Notes under the pieces: generated by a model
What the model was told of the DNA's origin: nothing
What the model saw: only the letters and a program-made list of their open reading frames with translations
The model's database searches: none
Translations under genes and position numbers: made by a program
Source: Ministeria vibrans ATCC 50519
Taxonomy: Eukaryota; Protista; Filasterea
Assembly: GCA_943704425.1 (NCBI GenBank)
Contig: CALSCP010001127.1
Coordinates: 5,585 to 69,584 of the forward strand
Length of the DNA stretch: 64,000 nucleotides
Direction: 5' to 3'
Shown: positions 25,354 to 37,441 of the stretch, in pieces
Layout of the letters: every line of letters begins with the position of its first letter
Numbering within the stretch: the first letter of the stretch is position 1

Positions 25354-26734
25354 TTACATCTGTCGTGCTGTAAAACGGAACTCTGTGGAGCGCACATAAG
25401 TCTGGAAGCGATCAATTTTCGTCACAAGCTTGGACACCTCTTTCACCAAGCGGCTTTTTTCACCTATGGTGAGTTCATTGTTGCTGTCGCCCTCCATGTC
25501 GAGCACTTGTTGCTGTTTCTATATGACGTAACGTAGTGAGTCAATAAAAGTAATACAAAGTCATACTATTATTATAATAATAATAATAATTATTATTGTT
25601 ATTAATTATTCTTGTTTAAACGCACTTGCAGAGCGGTGCAGTGCAAGACGTTGCACTCGAGGCGAAACTCCTCAAGTAACTCCTTCAGAGTCGTCTTCAT
25701 TTCTGGTCGTGATTTAGCCTGGTCCTGGTAGAATAAGATAGCTCTGCGCATTCGGTTCAAGTGGCTTTCAATGTTGGTGACGAGAGTGTCGAATACTCGC
25801 AATTCGCTGGAATTGCACGTTCGATACTTGAGCGTCAAGTTTAAGCAACTGCAGCGAATGATTTGGTTCACAACAAGTCTTGTAAGACCATTCCACGGCT
25901 TTTTGTGGCGCATTGAAGCAATCTAAGTTGAGTAATAATAATAATTTATTATTATTATCATTATTATTATTTTAATGTTGATCTTACGTTGAGAGACGCT
26001 GATTTCACTGCGTTCTTCTCGTCATCGTGTGGTAAGCTGGAAACAGCTGCGGTTTCAATCCAATAAACCACTATGTTGTATGCTTGTTGAATGACGGCTG
26101 TTTTCGTTGTGTTGATCTTGGACATATCGATATCGCGATCGATGGCACCGCACGACAGGAGCAGATTCGCAAAAAGACAAATGATGGTCGGATGAATTCT
26201 GAAAATTCGATCAAACAGCACCGTGTCTGTCACGCGTGCTTTTGCTTCCCTTCTTTTGTGGCTCTCAACCAGCCAGGTGCAGCAAAGGACCACAATATTG
26301 ATCTGCTCCTGGCCACTGCAGTTGCGGAAAATTTCGTCAAAGTGTGCCACAAATTCGTCTCTATTGGCGGCCTTCTCGGGGCCCACCATCGTACTGCAGA
26401 GACTCTCAAGAATCACCGAGTGATTTTCGTCAAGCAAGGCGGAGATGGCGGCCTTGTGGGAAGTTTTGAGGAACAGTTGCGCGACCAGCGACATGCATGG
26501 GCCGGAATGCTCCGGCGAGCTAATGAGAGTACAAATATGACCGTTTCGCATAATGTCTGGGGAGTCCTGATCGACCTCCGGTAGGCCCGATGCCAAGGTG
26601 AACAGCGTGATGCTCAACCGATCGTTTTTTTCCGTCCTGTCGACTGCCGGTCGGTTCGCGGCAAATCTGAAAATCAATTCCTGACAGTCGATGTCGTCAT
26701 TTGCTGCCAGAGACAAAACTCCTCTCACAGACAT
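25354..26734 (-). CDS. Orphan helical protein
   Basis: Three exons splice in frame (introns 25923-25987 and 25519-25625), ending ...TEFRFTARQM*. No family recognised. Confidence 0.65.
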
Positions 26735-27152
26735 TGCGGTGTTAGCAAGGGGACACGAGAATTAAAATAATTAAAGAAAAATATAAATCAGTTAAGACTT
26801 GAGAGAATAATAATAAAATCAATAACAAGTCATGTTTTTTTTTTCCGGGTCGGCTCAACCTCAAAAAACATGAGGGCGCCCTCAAAAAACATTCCAGGAG
26901 GAATGTTGCTGGAGAGAAGAGCCGCTCCTACGCCGGCAAGAAGGGATATCACTACCCTAAATTGCATACCTAAGACCACTGATCAACGAAGAGACGGACA
27001 CTCGCGGACAGGACCAAACAAGCCAAAATGATAACTTTCGTGTCGACGCTTTTTTTTTTCCAAAATTAATAATAATAATATTATTCATCTCAAAGTCGAT
27101 TAATCGCCAACTCAAACACTTTTTTTTCACTCTTTATCTTTCAAGACCTCAA

Positions 27153-28911
27153 ATGATTACGCATCCCGACGAATGCTCAACAACCTCTCGCGAAGGAGCG
27201 GTTGAGGAACACGAGAGTAAGGCTTTTTGATATCCACAATTTTCACCCGCATTTTTTTCGTCTCGGACGAAACATTTTAAAGCATTCTGTTGTTTGTCGC
27301 CGTCCTCCCTATATTGGATCTACTACCCCACAAATTAACCCCTTCATTTCCATTCCCTTAAACACTACTCTTTCCAGCGAGATGTCAACATCAGAGTTTA
27401 TTAATTGTTTTTTTTTCCTTCTTTTTTTGCAACTGCAGGTGTCCCCTCGCCTCGCTCTGGCGCTGATGACGAAGAGCCTTGGAAGGCTGATCCCTTGTTG
27501 GCGTCGGTGCACGATGCGCTCACTAAGCTAGAGAAGAAGAGCGCTACGCCGCGGGCGCAAAGGAAACGCGAGCCAGCGGCAGTGAGTGCCGCGGCGCAAC
27601 CCCCTCCTGTCGCCGCCGAGCGCCGCAGTGAACAGGAACTGCGTGAACAAATCAGCTTTTTGGAGGCGCAAATTGCCAAAAGGAACGCAATGTCAATGTC
27701 TGGTCAGACGGTCACACCCCATGTGCCAGTGTCCAGCAGCGACTCGGTGACGACGTTGCAGGAGCAAGAGAAACGACTCGCCGAGCTCACCCTGCAGACA
27801 CGCATGCCACATGCTGCTGCTGCTGCCGCTGCTGTTGCTACCACGCCACCACCTTATGGACACGGATACGCGTATACCTACGACCAGTTTCATCCAGCAA
27901 CGCCGTCGACAGACCAGCGTGCGCCACCACCCCGCTCTCACCCCGTGCCTGTGCCGGCGCAACCAACTGGCGCGCGCCCTCTTGCAGCGCCCTATGGCCA
28001 GACACGTGAACATGGATTGTACCCGAGCACCAATAGCAGTAGTCCCAGTGTCTTTCGTGCATCGCCTGGCTTGCGGCATTCGAGCTTTGGCAGTGAATCA
28101 GCTGCGCCGACGTCCTTTGGCAATGGCTATGGGTACCTTGGCGCCAGCGGCGCCCCAACTGACCCTCGCTACAACGAACCTCAGCGGGAATCACCGGCCT
28201 TTGATTACGGACCGACATCATTCACACGCGGTGGCCATGGGCGTCGCCAAATGCCCTCATCTGGCACCGTCCCTACGCATCCAAGTGCTCTTCCGCCCGT
28301 GTACTCGGGGGCATCCGCATCGCGCACGGACCGGGCAGCGTGGGCGGAGCCTCGACGTACTGATACTGGCAATCAATATAGCTACGAAGAGTTGGCAAGC
28401 TTGGAGGAGTTGGAAAAGGAACTAGAAAACAAAAAGCGAGCACGTGAGGCCGCCGCGCGAAAGAGGATTCAGGACCTTAACGACGCGCAACGTCGCTTCA
28501 AAGAGGTGTCGGATTGCTCGTTTGAGGAAAACGAGCGAATGAGAATGGAGCAGGAGCGGGCCACCTTGCAGACGGCGCAGGAGCAAGTGGAATTAAAAAA
28601 TACGCGAGCGGAGGCCACGAAGAAAACCGCGGAAAGTGTGGTCTTGAAGGAGAAAGTGGAGAGCATATATTCCAACCTCCGGGGGAAACTCTATGGCATG
28701 GATGTTGTCATTCTGATGGACATCACCGGTTCAATGCGTCACTGGTTGCAGGAATGTAAAGACAACGCGGAGAAAATTATCGAGCAGGTGTCTGCCGGAC
28801 TCGTTGCAGCAAACCGTTCAGGAGCCGTGTACAGATTTGGTAAAGACAAAACAAAAACAAGACAAAAAATAAATAATAATAATAATAATAATAATAAAAA
28901 TATTATATTTA

Positions 28912-28948
<37 letters not shown>

Positions 28949-29596
28949 AAAATTAATAATAATAATAATTATTATTATTATATTTATACTCTATTTTTCC
29001 TTGATTTTGTAGCGATTGTTGGTTACCGTGACTACCACTTGAGTGACAGTGACAGTGCGCGCAACATGGACACGTTTGTGATTTGCGACTTTGTCCAGTC
29101 GAACAGTCGTGCGCCGCTCCTGGAGGCCGTGCGCAGCTGTCAGCCCACTGGCGGCCACGACACCTGTGAGGACATTGCGGGTGCCTTTGAGGTGTGCTTG
29201 AAGAAGCTCTCGTGGGAGAGCTCAACCAAACTGATCATTCACTTTGCCGATGCACCCTGCCATGGCACATCGTTCCACGGTCCCCGTTGCAGCGACGACT
29301 TCCCCGAAGGCGATCGCTATGGACTTGACATTTTGGAACAAATGCGGGAGGTACGATAATCCTATTATTTAGACTCATTCACAATTGTGGTTTTGTAGTT
29401 TGCACGACAATCAATTCACTACTACTTTGCGGCGGCCGCGCCCGATTTGACTAACGAAATGGTGGATAAATTCCAGACGGCGTATACGAGTGTGCCAAAC
29501 ACCCGCGCCAAATTCCGCCATTTGCGCATTGGCGATTCCCCCGAGCAGTTTTTCCCAACTGTCCTCAGCAGTGTCATTGAGTCTACTACCAATTAA
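27153..29596 (+). CDS. Low-complexity/coiled-coil protein with a C-terminal vWA domain of the VwkA-associated type
   Basis: DVVILMDITGSM (MIDAS), RFAIVGYRDY, GGHDTCEDIAGA, LSW..STKLIIHFADAPCHG. Introns 27217-27438, 28840-29012, 29351-29398. Confidence 0.8.
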
Positions 29597-29927
29597 TCTC
29601 CTTACAGGGACATATCAAGGGAAACATAATAATAATGAAAAAGAAATTATTAGTGGATAATAATTATTAGTTTTATTAGTTTTAGTACGGAATTTTGTAA
29701 TAGTACTGGAGTTTTACAATTAGTCTTGCAATTCCTATTATAAAGCAGATCAATGCTTCTGTAGCTTAAAATGCACGTACACTGACGTTCCAAGCTGTAA
29801 TAAATAATAAATTTTCTTAAAATAAATTAAATAGTTTGTGCATTTTCACGTTGAAAAGTTGCTGTATTTTCCCTTCTCCTCTCCTCTCTCTCTCACACAC
29901 ACGCATAAAAAGACTGCCCACACATAC

Positions 29928-32900
29928 TTAGAAGAAAGGAAACAATTTATGAGAGGGTTTTGATGTTTTCGATACCCCTCTTGAGGGATTCATTGAATTC
30001 GACTGGCTGCCGTGGTGCGCATTTGTCATATCAACGTGACGTTTGCGTTCCAGCTCGCGCAACGTCTGCAGCCTTTGACGGTCCTTCTCCGCTTGCGCCC
30101 GCTCTTGCATCGCGTGCGACGTGTTAAGCTTGGACCCCTGCAATGTCCAGTAATACTGCTCTTGCTGCTGTCGCTCCAGGCGCAGTCGATGCTGCTCCTC
30201 TGCTTGCTCTCGCAGCTGCGCCTCGTACAACTGGCGCTGGAATTCCAGTCGCGCCTCTGCTCGAGCTTTTTCCGCGGCGCACACGATCTTGCGCATGGGC
30301 AGGCTGTACTTGCGACGTTTCTTGGCCTCGCACTGCGTCACTTGCTGCAGGAGTGTGCGGGACTTGGACACCGAGTTGAGCGAGCGCGAGTCGAGACATT
30401 GGCTTGCCACCAGAATATCGGCGAGCTGCAGGGCCTGACCGCGCATTACACGACGATGCTCGTCGTGACCCGGGCCCACTTTGACGAGGAGATCGAGGTC
30501 AGCCTGGCGCGGCAAGTTGAGAAACTCAATGCACCTGGGGAGCAGTGTGCCGTGCTCGAGCAAGAGGTGCTTGCCAATGAAGCGTTGCGCGACGCTCGTG
30601 TGCACGATGCGAGCCGAATCGGTGCCGTCGTCCTCCTGCGGCAACACCCGCTCAAAGAGCGAGAAAATAACATTGAGCGCGGGCAGACTACCACGCGCCG
30701 CAATGAGCAGGTCGAGCGCCGTCTCGAGCATGCCTGAAGAGTTGATGACGTCGCGACAAAGTGCAGCGTCCTGTTCATTGTCAATGTCGTACACCCAGGC
30801 AAGGAGTGCATGCAGCGCCTTGACGTACTCCTGAGCCTTGCACACAAGCTTACAGAATTCGCGAGTGGGCGTGCTGGAGTAGATCCGCTCGGGAATGCGA
30901 CCCTCGACGCGTTCAAGCAGTAAGCGCAATGACGCCACCATGTTGACAATGACGGGGTCATAGCTGGATGTGCGCGGATGAAGACTAAACGGCGACGAGT
31001 TGAGCCAAAAGTCACGGCGGATGCTGGGGGTGGCGCTGTTGGCGACAGACACGACGAGAGCCGGCTGATTGGTGTACAGTTGGGAGTCGAAGTGGGTAGG
31101 GCGGAGGGGCGCGCGACTGGGCAAGCACATTTCGGCAACAAAGGACGCCTCGTAGGTAGGCGAGGCGGTGTACACGACGGGCTTGAGCTCGCGGCGTCGA
31201 TGACGCGCCTCGTTGATGTAGGTGTACAGCTCAATGAGCTTGGGCGCCGGCGTTGAAATGAACTGAGAGAGGCTGTGCGAGAGAAGGTCATGAAGATTGC
31301 GCTCGACGATTCGCGCCAGTTCGCGCACCCGATCGTTAATACCCTCACGCGAAAAGTTGGGATTGAGACAGCAATCAAGCTGGATAACAAGATGCTCAAG
31401 AGCATTCATGGCGGGTGTAAACATCATGCCGGCGAACTCGACGAGCACGCCACAGAGCGGTGCAGTAGACACGGCCAAGTGCTCAAGGAGCGTCGCCAGC
31501 TCACAGTTCTCAAAGAGAAACACGACACTGTCAAGGTGTTTCTGCGACGAGGCTTTCGCAATGTCAGCAAATTCCAGTGCGTGCAAGAATGACTCGGGAC
31601 TGAACTCACGCTTGGAAAAGTCAACTGTGTAAAAACAAAAAAAAAATTAATCATCTTCCTCGGTGTCAGTGTATGTGTGCTTACGTTGAGACACGAGCAT
31701 GGCATATCCGGCCTTTTTGAGAAGGCCATCTGACACTGATGGAGACGGCAGAGGACCCAGCGCCTGTGAAAGATTGTGGCGCAGCTTGGTCACTCGGGCA
31801 TCGTCTTGCTTGCGCTGCTGCTCGGCAAAGAGCTCACGGTGATGGAGGAGCTGTGTGAGCGACTGGTCGTCTGCGGAAGCAACAGGGGTCTCAAAGTGAA
31901 TGGAAGGATCCGACAGAGGCACAACGGGCTTGGGAGAGCTGGTGTTGCCCTGTGTCGTCTCATGCGCTGCCGGGGTTAAAGTTGGAGTCTCGTGCATTGC
32001 CGGGGTTGAAGTTGGAGAAAGCTTCAGAGGAACTTTGAGTGGGGTGACGGGGGTGTGAGTTGTTGCAACATTGGCATAGGTGGGTGCTGTGGAAGTAGAG
32101 AGTGACGGAGCGGAGACAAGAGGGCAAGTGGGGAGGACGGAGTCGGGCACCATCACTTGCGACGTGGGCTGCTCACCGATAAACGTGAAATCTCCAACAG
32201 AGCGCGTGGGATGGCGCGGCGGTGCGGACGCATGAGCTGACAGAGAAAGATTGGAGTGAGTCGCTGCAGCAATGGCGGTAAAACGGGCGGTGGAATCAGT
32301 TGCAGTTGCCGTTGGACTTGGCGATGAGGGACGAGACGAGCTGGGCGCATGAGGACATGCAGTCGAAGAGCGGCTCGATGTACGAGCAACACGTGCAGGA
32401 GTCGGTGAGGACGGAGGCGCGGACGCGACAGTTGGACTTGGCGACGGAGCACGAGTGGAGCTGGACGCATGAGGACATGCAATCGACGAGCGGCTCGATG
32501 TACGAGCGACACGCGCAGGAGTCGGTGAGGGCGGAGGCGCTGACGCGACAGTTGGACTTGGCGATGAGGGACGAGACGAGCTGGGCGCATGAGGACATGT
32601 AGTCGAAGAGCGGCTCGATGTGCGAGCAACACGTGCAGGAGTCGGTGAGGACGGAGGCGCGGACGCGACAGTTGGACTTGGCGACGGAGCACGAGCGGAG
32701 CTGGACGCATGAGGACATGTAATCGACGAGCGGCTCGATGTACGAGCAACACGTGCAGTAGTCGGTGAGGGCGGAGGCGCTGACGCGACAGTTGGACTTG
32801 GCGATGAGGGACGAGGGAAGCTGGACGCATGAGTACATGTAATCGACGAACGGCTCGATGTACGAGCGACACGTGCAGGAGTCGGTGAGGACGGAGGCGC

Positions 32901-34483
32901 TGACGTGCCAGTTGAAGCGTCGGTTGGTGTCATTGGACAACGGCGCACTGAGGTGGACTGGCGAAGAGAGGGGGGAGGAGAGCCCGACGGAGGCGAGTGG
33001 GATGCGAGACCATTTCTCACCGGGATGGGCGAGACAATGGAACGGTAATCTGAAGTGGTCGCAGTGGAGTACGGTGGAGGACGGGACGAGGAAGGAGCCA
33101 CCTCAGTCGACAAAGCAGGGGACGACAAGTTTGTGAGAGGAGTGTCTGTGGTGGTCAATGGTGGGGCCACACGGGGCGTGTTGTGGCGATGCTTCGTGTA
33201 CTGCGACGAGGAATGAACGGAGCGAGCGTGATCGCGCAAATGAGACACAGACACGACTGTCGTCTCTGTCAGCGGGTACGAATGGTCTTCAGAGCGGACG
33301 GGTTGAGTCACAGAGACCTCCCCATCGTCAATACATTCAAGTTGAGGAGGAGGAGGAGGTAAGGCCTTCTGAAGGGGTTCTTGGAGGTCTACGTCGACTG
33401 CATCACTTTGAAGAGAGGAATGCTGAAGAGGCGATTCGGACAACTGGTGAGCTACCTTGGCCTCTTCCTCTGCCGCGGTGTTTTGCAGAACAGGCACTTG
33501 GTGGTTGTGCAATTCCGCTGCGGCGGTGTATGCATCACGTACTTTGGCTTCGGACTCGTCGGGCGTCTCAGGCTGCTTTCGAAGAATGCGAGAAAAAAAA
33601 ACTCGTGGTAGTTTTATCCCGGACAGCTTGCGTGAGAACGGAGACGAGTGTGCAGCAGGTGGAGGAGTCTTTGGCAAGGCACGAGCAGTATCGCGACGCT
33701 GCACACCTCCGGAGGATAGCTGCATTTCAGAAGGTGTGCCTGAGAGGGTGAAGGAGAGGGTGAGACGTGTCGTGGATGCTGTCATCTCGTGTCACTTACA
33801 TGGTGTGCCATATTGAGTGCGTTCGACGGAGCGCCCTTGGTCGTGGGGACGGACCATCTGCTGCACATCGGTCAGCAATAGGTCCGCTGCCGCTACGTCT
33901 GACGGGCGCTGCTGCTGCTGCTGCTGCTGCTGCGCGGGGTGCGTCTGGGCAGAGTCGGCGGGGTGCGTCTGGGCAGAGTCGGCGGGGGGGCCGTCAAGGG
34001 CGGTTGCGGCCGATGCCATGTCGTGCATCGGGAAGCTGGTGCCGGACGCGTCCTCTGCCGACTGAAGCGTCCCGTACAGCGCCGCGGCGCTTCTGTGCAG
34101 CTCCAGGGGCGACGCGTCGTCGTCCAGCGGCGATTCTTTCATGTCGGAGAGGACTGTTTCGCGCGAGTGAATCTACGGCCAGAGGGCAATTGTGGTGAAA
34201 ACGAGCGTCATGGCGAGGCGGATCCCGCCCATTAATGAGAGTATCGTCATCCGACAACCCCAGCACAATGCGCGACAGACAATGGATATTAATATTAAAA
34301 TAAAAAAAGCGGTCGACTCGGTCGATTAATTAAACGCGAATAGTTAATCTGTGATACCAAGCGAAAACACATGCCAGCCTGGATCGAGGCAGGGTTGCGT
34401 CTTGTTGCTCGTGCACGGCGTCCGTTGTCTTCAAAGAGGCGGGTCGCACGAGGGCTGTCGGAGTCGGAGTCAGAGTCATACAT
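29928..34483 (-). CDS. Large orphan protein: S/P/T-rich repeat region, helical domain and C-terminal coiled coil
   Basis: Four ORF segments join in frame through introns 34173-34357, 33740-33799 and 31625-31684. The start at 34483 is less certain. Confidence 0.65.
32310..32905 (-). repeat. Coding tandem repeat, 120-bp (40-aa) unit, about 5 copies with alternating A/B variants
   Basis: The lines starting at 32401, 32521, 32641, 32761 and 32881 all begin GTCGGTGAGG. Encoded unit is approximately PSSPTPARVARTSSRSSITCPHASSSARAPSPSPTVASAP. Confidence 0.95.
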
Positions 34484-34878
34484 TTCCGTCCGACTCTATA
34501 AGATTATATTCATAATTATGTGGGTCGGAGAGTTGAATAAAAAGATTAAAGGGTCGTACGCACAGGCGATTTGTCAATGGTGACGTTGACGAGAGCTGGG
34601 TCTAGTTCGTAATTTATCAGTGGTGTTCCTTCTTTGAACGAACGAACGGGGAAAAAATTGTTCTGAATTGTACGATTGTAACGAAGAAAGATCAAAAGAG
34701 CAGCGATAAAATGACAGACAGACAGTGATCGAGCTTGACGGACAATCGACAAGGTGACTGAGACTGTCCCTGTTTGCTAGTGCGCACTGTATATAGCATT
34801 CCAAATGACGACTTGGTCAGAAGTTAGACTGATTGATTTATGATTAGTCATTTTTCGCCATCTCTCCTCCTCTCGACC

Positions 34879-36021
34879 ATGTCGCACCTGCTCGCGCACC
34901 CCTACGTGTTATGGTTTGCGCAAAGAACGGAGACCAAGGGCGCGCGGCAGCTGGAGCAGTTCGTCCACCAAGTGCAGCAGGTACGAACGTGAGCGAAAAA
35001 AGGGCTCTGGATTGACACGGGAGGGCTGTGCAGGTGGCCGAGATCGACACAGTAGAGGCCTTCTGGGCGCTGCACACCCGCCTCAAACGCCCCAGCACCA
35101 TGACGCCCATTGCCGACTTCCATTTCTTCCGGAGCGGAATCCAGCCCTTCTGGGAGGTACGGTCCGCTGTGCTTGCTGCGCTCCTCTGCCCTCCCGCCCG
35201 CGCCCCTGCCTCGCTGCGCCCTTGCCACGTGCTGTGCATGCACCGTCCCTCCCGCTGCAACCGCGGTTCGCGTCTACTATTGCGATTTCACGCTGTGCAC
35301 TCAAAGAGTGTGCGCTTCTCTCGCTCATCTTGCTGTGTGGACCACGTAGGACGACCACAACAAGGCAGGCGGCAAGTGGATGTTAAAGTTGCGCAAAGGG
35401 CTTGCTGATCGGTATTGGGAAAGTTTGGTAAGGAGCGCTTGAAGGTGTGGCGTGGACTGTGGTGATAAGTGGGTCTCTGTCTGTCTTGACTGCGTGTAGC
35501 TTCTGTCGATCATTGGCAACCAGTTCAATGCGGTCAGCGACGAGTTTTGCGGTGCCGTACTGTCGATTCGGGCTAACGAGGACATTATCAGTGTGTGGAG
35601 TCGCCATGCGGACAATCGTGAGGCGCGCAATGCCATTTTGTAAGGTGGTTTTTGGCTCTATCCGTTTGTTTTCTTTTCTACCACGACTCACCATCGCCAT
35701 TGCAGAAACGTGTTCCGTGCTAGTGTTGGCGTGCACGAATCAGTGATTATCGACTACAAGACCCACGACGCATCTCTCAAGTACCACTCGTCGTTTCGTC
35801 CGCCTGTCGCTCCCGCCACATCTGCCGCTGCCTCTCCCGCCACGCCTGCTGCGTCGACGCTGCCCGAAGAGCCTGAAGAGGGCGAGACAGAGGCAAAGGC
35901 ATCGGTCAAGGCCACACCAGGATCTACCGCTTTCCAAGCGTCAGCAACAGAGAGCTCTGCAACTGCACGCGACGCAAGCGCAGTGGCGGGTGATGGTGGT
36001 GGTGAGGCGCTTCTTGCATAG
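34879..36021 (+). CDS. EIF4E2: Class II eIF4E (4EHP/eIF4E2)
   Basis: HLLAHPYVLWF (Tyr at the first Trp position), TVEAFW, FRSGIQPFWED, GGKWMLKLRKGLADRYWE, CGAVLSIR..EDIISVW, YKTHDASL. Four introns. Confidence 0.88.
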
Positions 36022-36314
36022 CCTCCCTCCTTTTTTCTATTGTCACCGTGTGTATTGTCCAATAATAGTAATAAACAGCATTATCCTGAACGACAACTGT
36101 GAACTTATAAAACTGGAGAGAGCCGGCCGGGGATGTGTGCCTGACCAAACCGACAGATTTGACTGTGATCGTGACGCATTCGAGAGACGTGGGTTCTCAC
36201 TTCTCCGTTCTGACTTCTGACTGCAGAACACTTTAGTTAGTTTTGAATACTCAGCAATCATACTTGCCGGTACCCCAGGGTGGCTTTGCGTCCCTCCGAC
36301 AGTCAGCGTGGCCC

Positions 36315-37231
36315 ATGAGTGAGCTTCCGAAAGTGGTTGTGGACCATTCGCTCTTTGACTCGCTCGACGACGAGCCCAACGACTACTCCTTCCGCCTAGA
36401 AATGACCCAAGAGTTTCTCTCGGGCCAGGCCGACTTCCAGGAGCGTCTTAACTTTTGTCTGTAAGCGTGTGCGGTCGTCTCAAGCGAAGTCTCTTCGTGT
36501 CCCTTTCAAACTCGCGCGCGAAAACCGCTGTTCGCACTCTGTTGGCGGCGACTCGTGCGCTCCACATTGCAGACGGATACGGCAGTGTGCGCGTGAGCGC
36601 ACCGGCTGCACACACCAGCTTTGCCTTGCTCTGTTGTGGGGAGGGGGGGTTTATCTTTGCGAGTGTGGGATGTGCCTTGTCTCACGCGCCACTGCCGTCC
36701 TCGGCGAGTCTGGCGTCGTGTCGTTGTCGCATGGAGCGAGTCAGCGTGGAAGCATGCCGCAAAAGGGGGCGGGGTATGGGAGCCTGCTGCGTTTTGTGGG
36801 CTCTTGATTTGCAATGCGATCAGACAGGTTGTTTTAGTTGTGGTTGCGCTTGTGTTGCCTTACTCTTCGCTTGTGCATCGCGCTGCTCTTTGCTCACCGA
36901 GCACTTTCACGTGCGTGCTCGTCTCACTGCTTGTTCTCTTTTGGCACATCTTGGCTAACGTGTTCTCGCCTGCGTCACTTGTAGAGGGCAATTGGAGGCG
37001 TTTGGCTTGAAGGAGACAGTACACAAGCTCAAGAGTGGCGCAATGGCTATTGGATTCAACGGCATTGCCATACGCTGCTGCCGCATTGAAGAGCACTGTC
37101 GCGAGCTCCTGGAGGGCCAACGCGCAGCGCTCGATGGCTCCTGGCTCGTGGCCGAGTGTGCGGCCTTCGCCGATGACTATGCGACATTGCGCGCGTACCT
37201 TCAGCCACTCTTTCCCGGCCAAACGTTGTGA
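36315..37231 (+). CDS. Histidine phosphotransfer (HPt, Ypd1/AHP-like) protein
   Basis: Spliced protein (intron 36461-36984) reads LDDEPNDYSFRLEMTQEFL...LKETVHKLKSGAMAIGFNGIAIRCCRIEE, matching the HxLKxxxxxxG HPt pattern. Confidence 0.75.
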
Positions 37232-37359
37232 ATCACAATACTCTTCTCTCTTTTGTACATCGCTATCTCGTTATAAACAAACTATTATTGTCTTATCCCG
37301 TTGCATTTTTATATTCTTTGCATTGCACACACCAGTTGACTGTAACAAGACGTAACAAT

Positions 37360-37396
<37 letters not shown>

Positions 37397-37441
37397 TAAT
37401 TTATTATTATTATATTATTAGTATTATTATTGCTAAAAGAG

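Noticed and set aside
32310-32905. CRISPR-like array
   Set aside because: The units are contiguous with no unique spacers, lie in a eukaryotic exon, and have no cas genes nearby.
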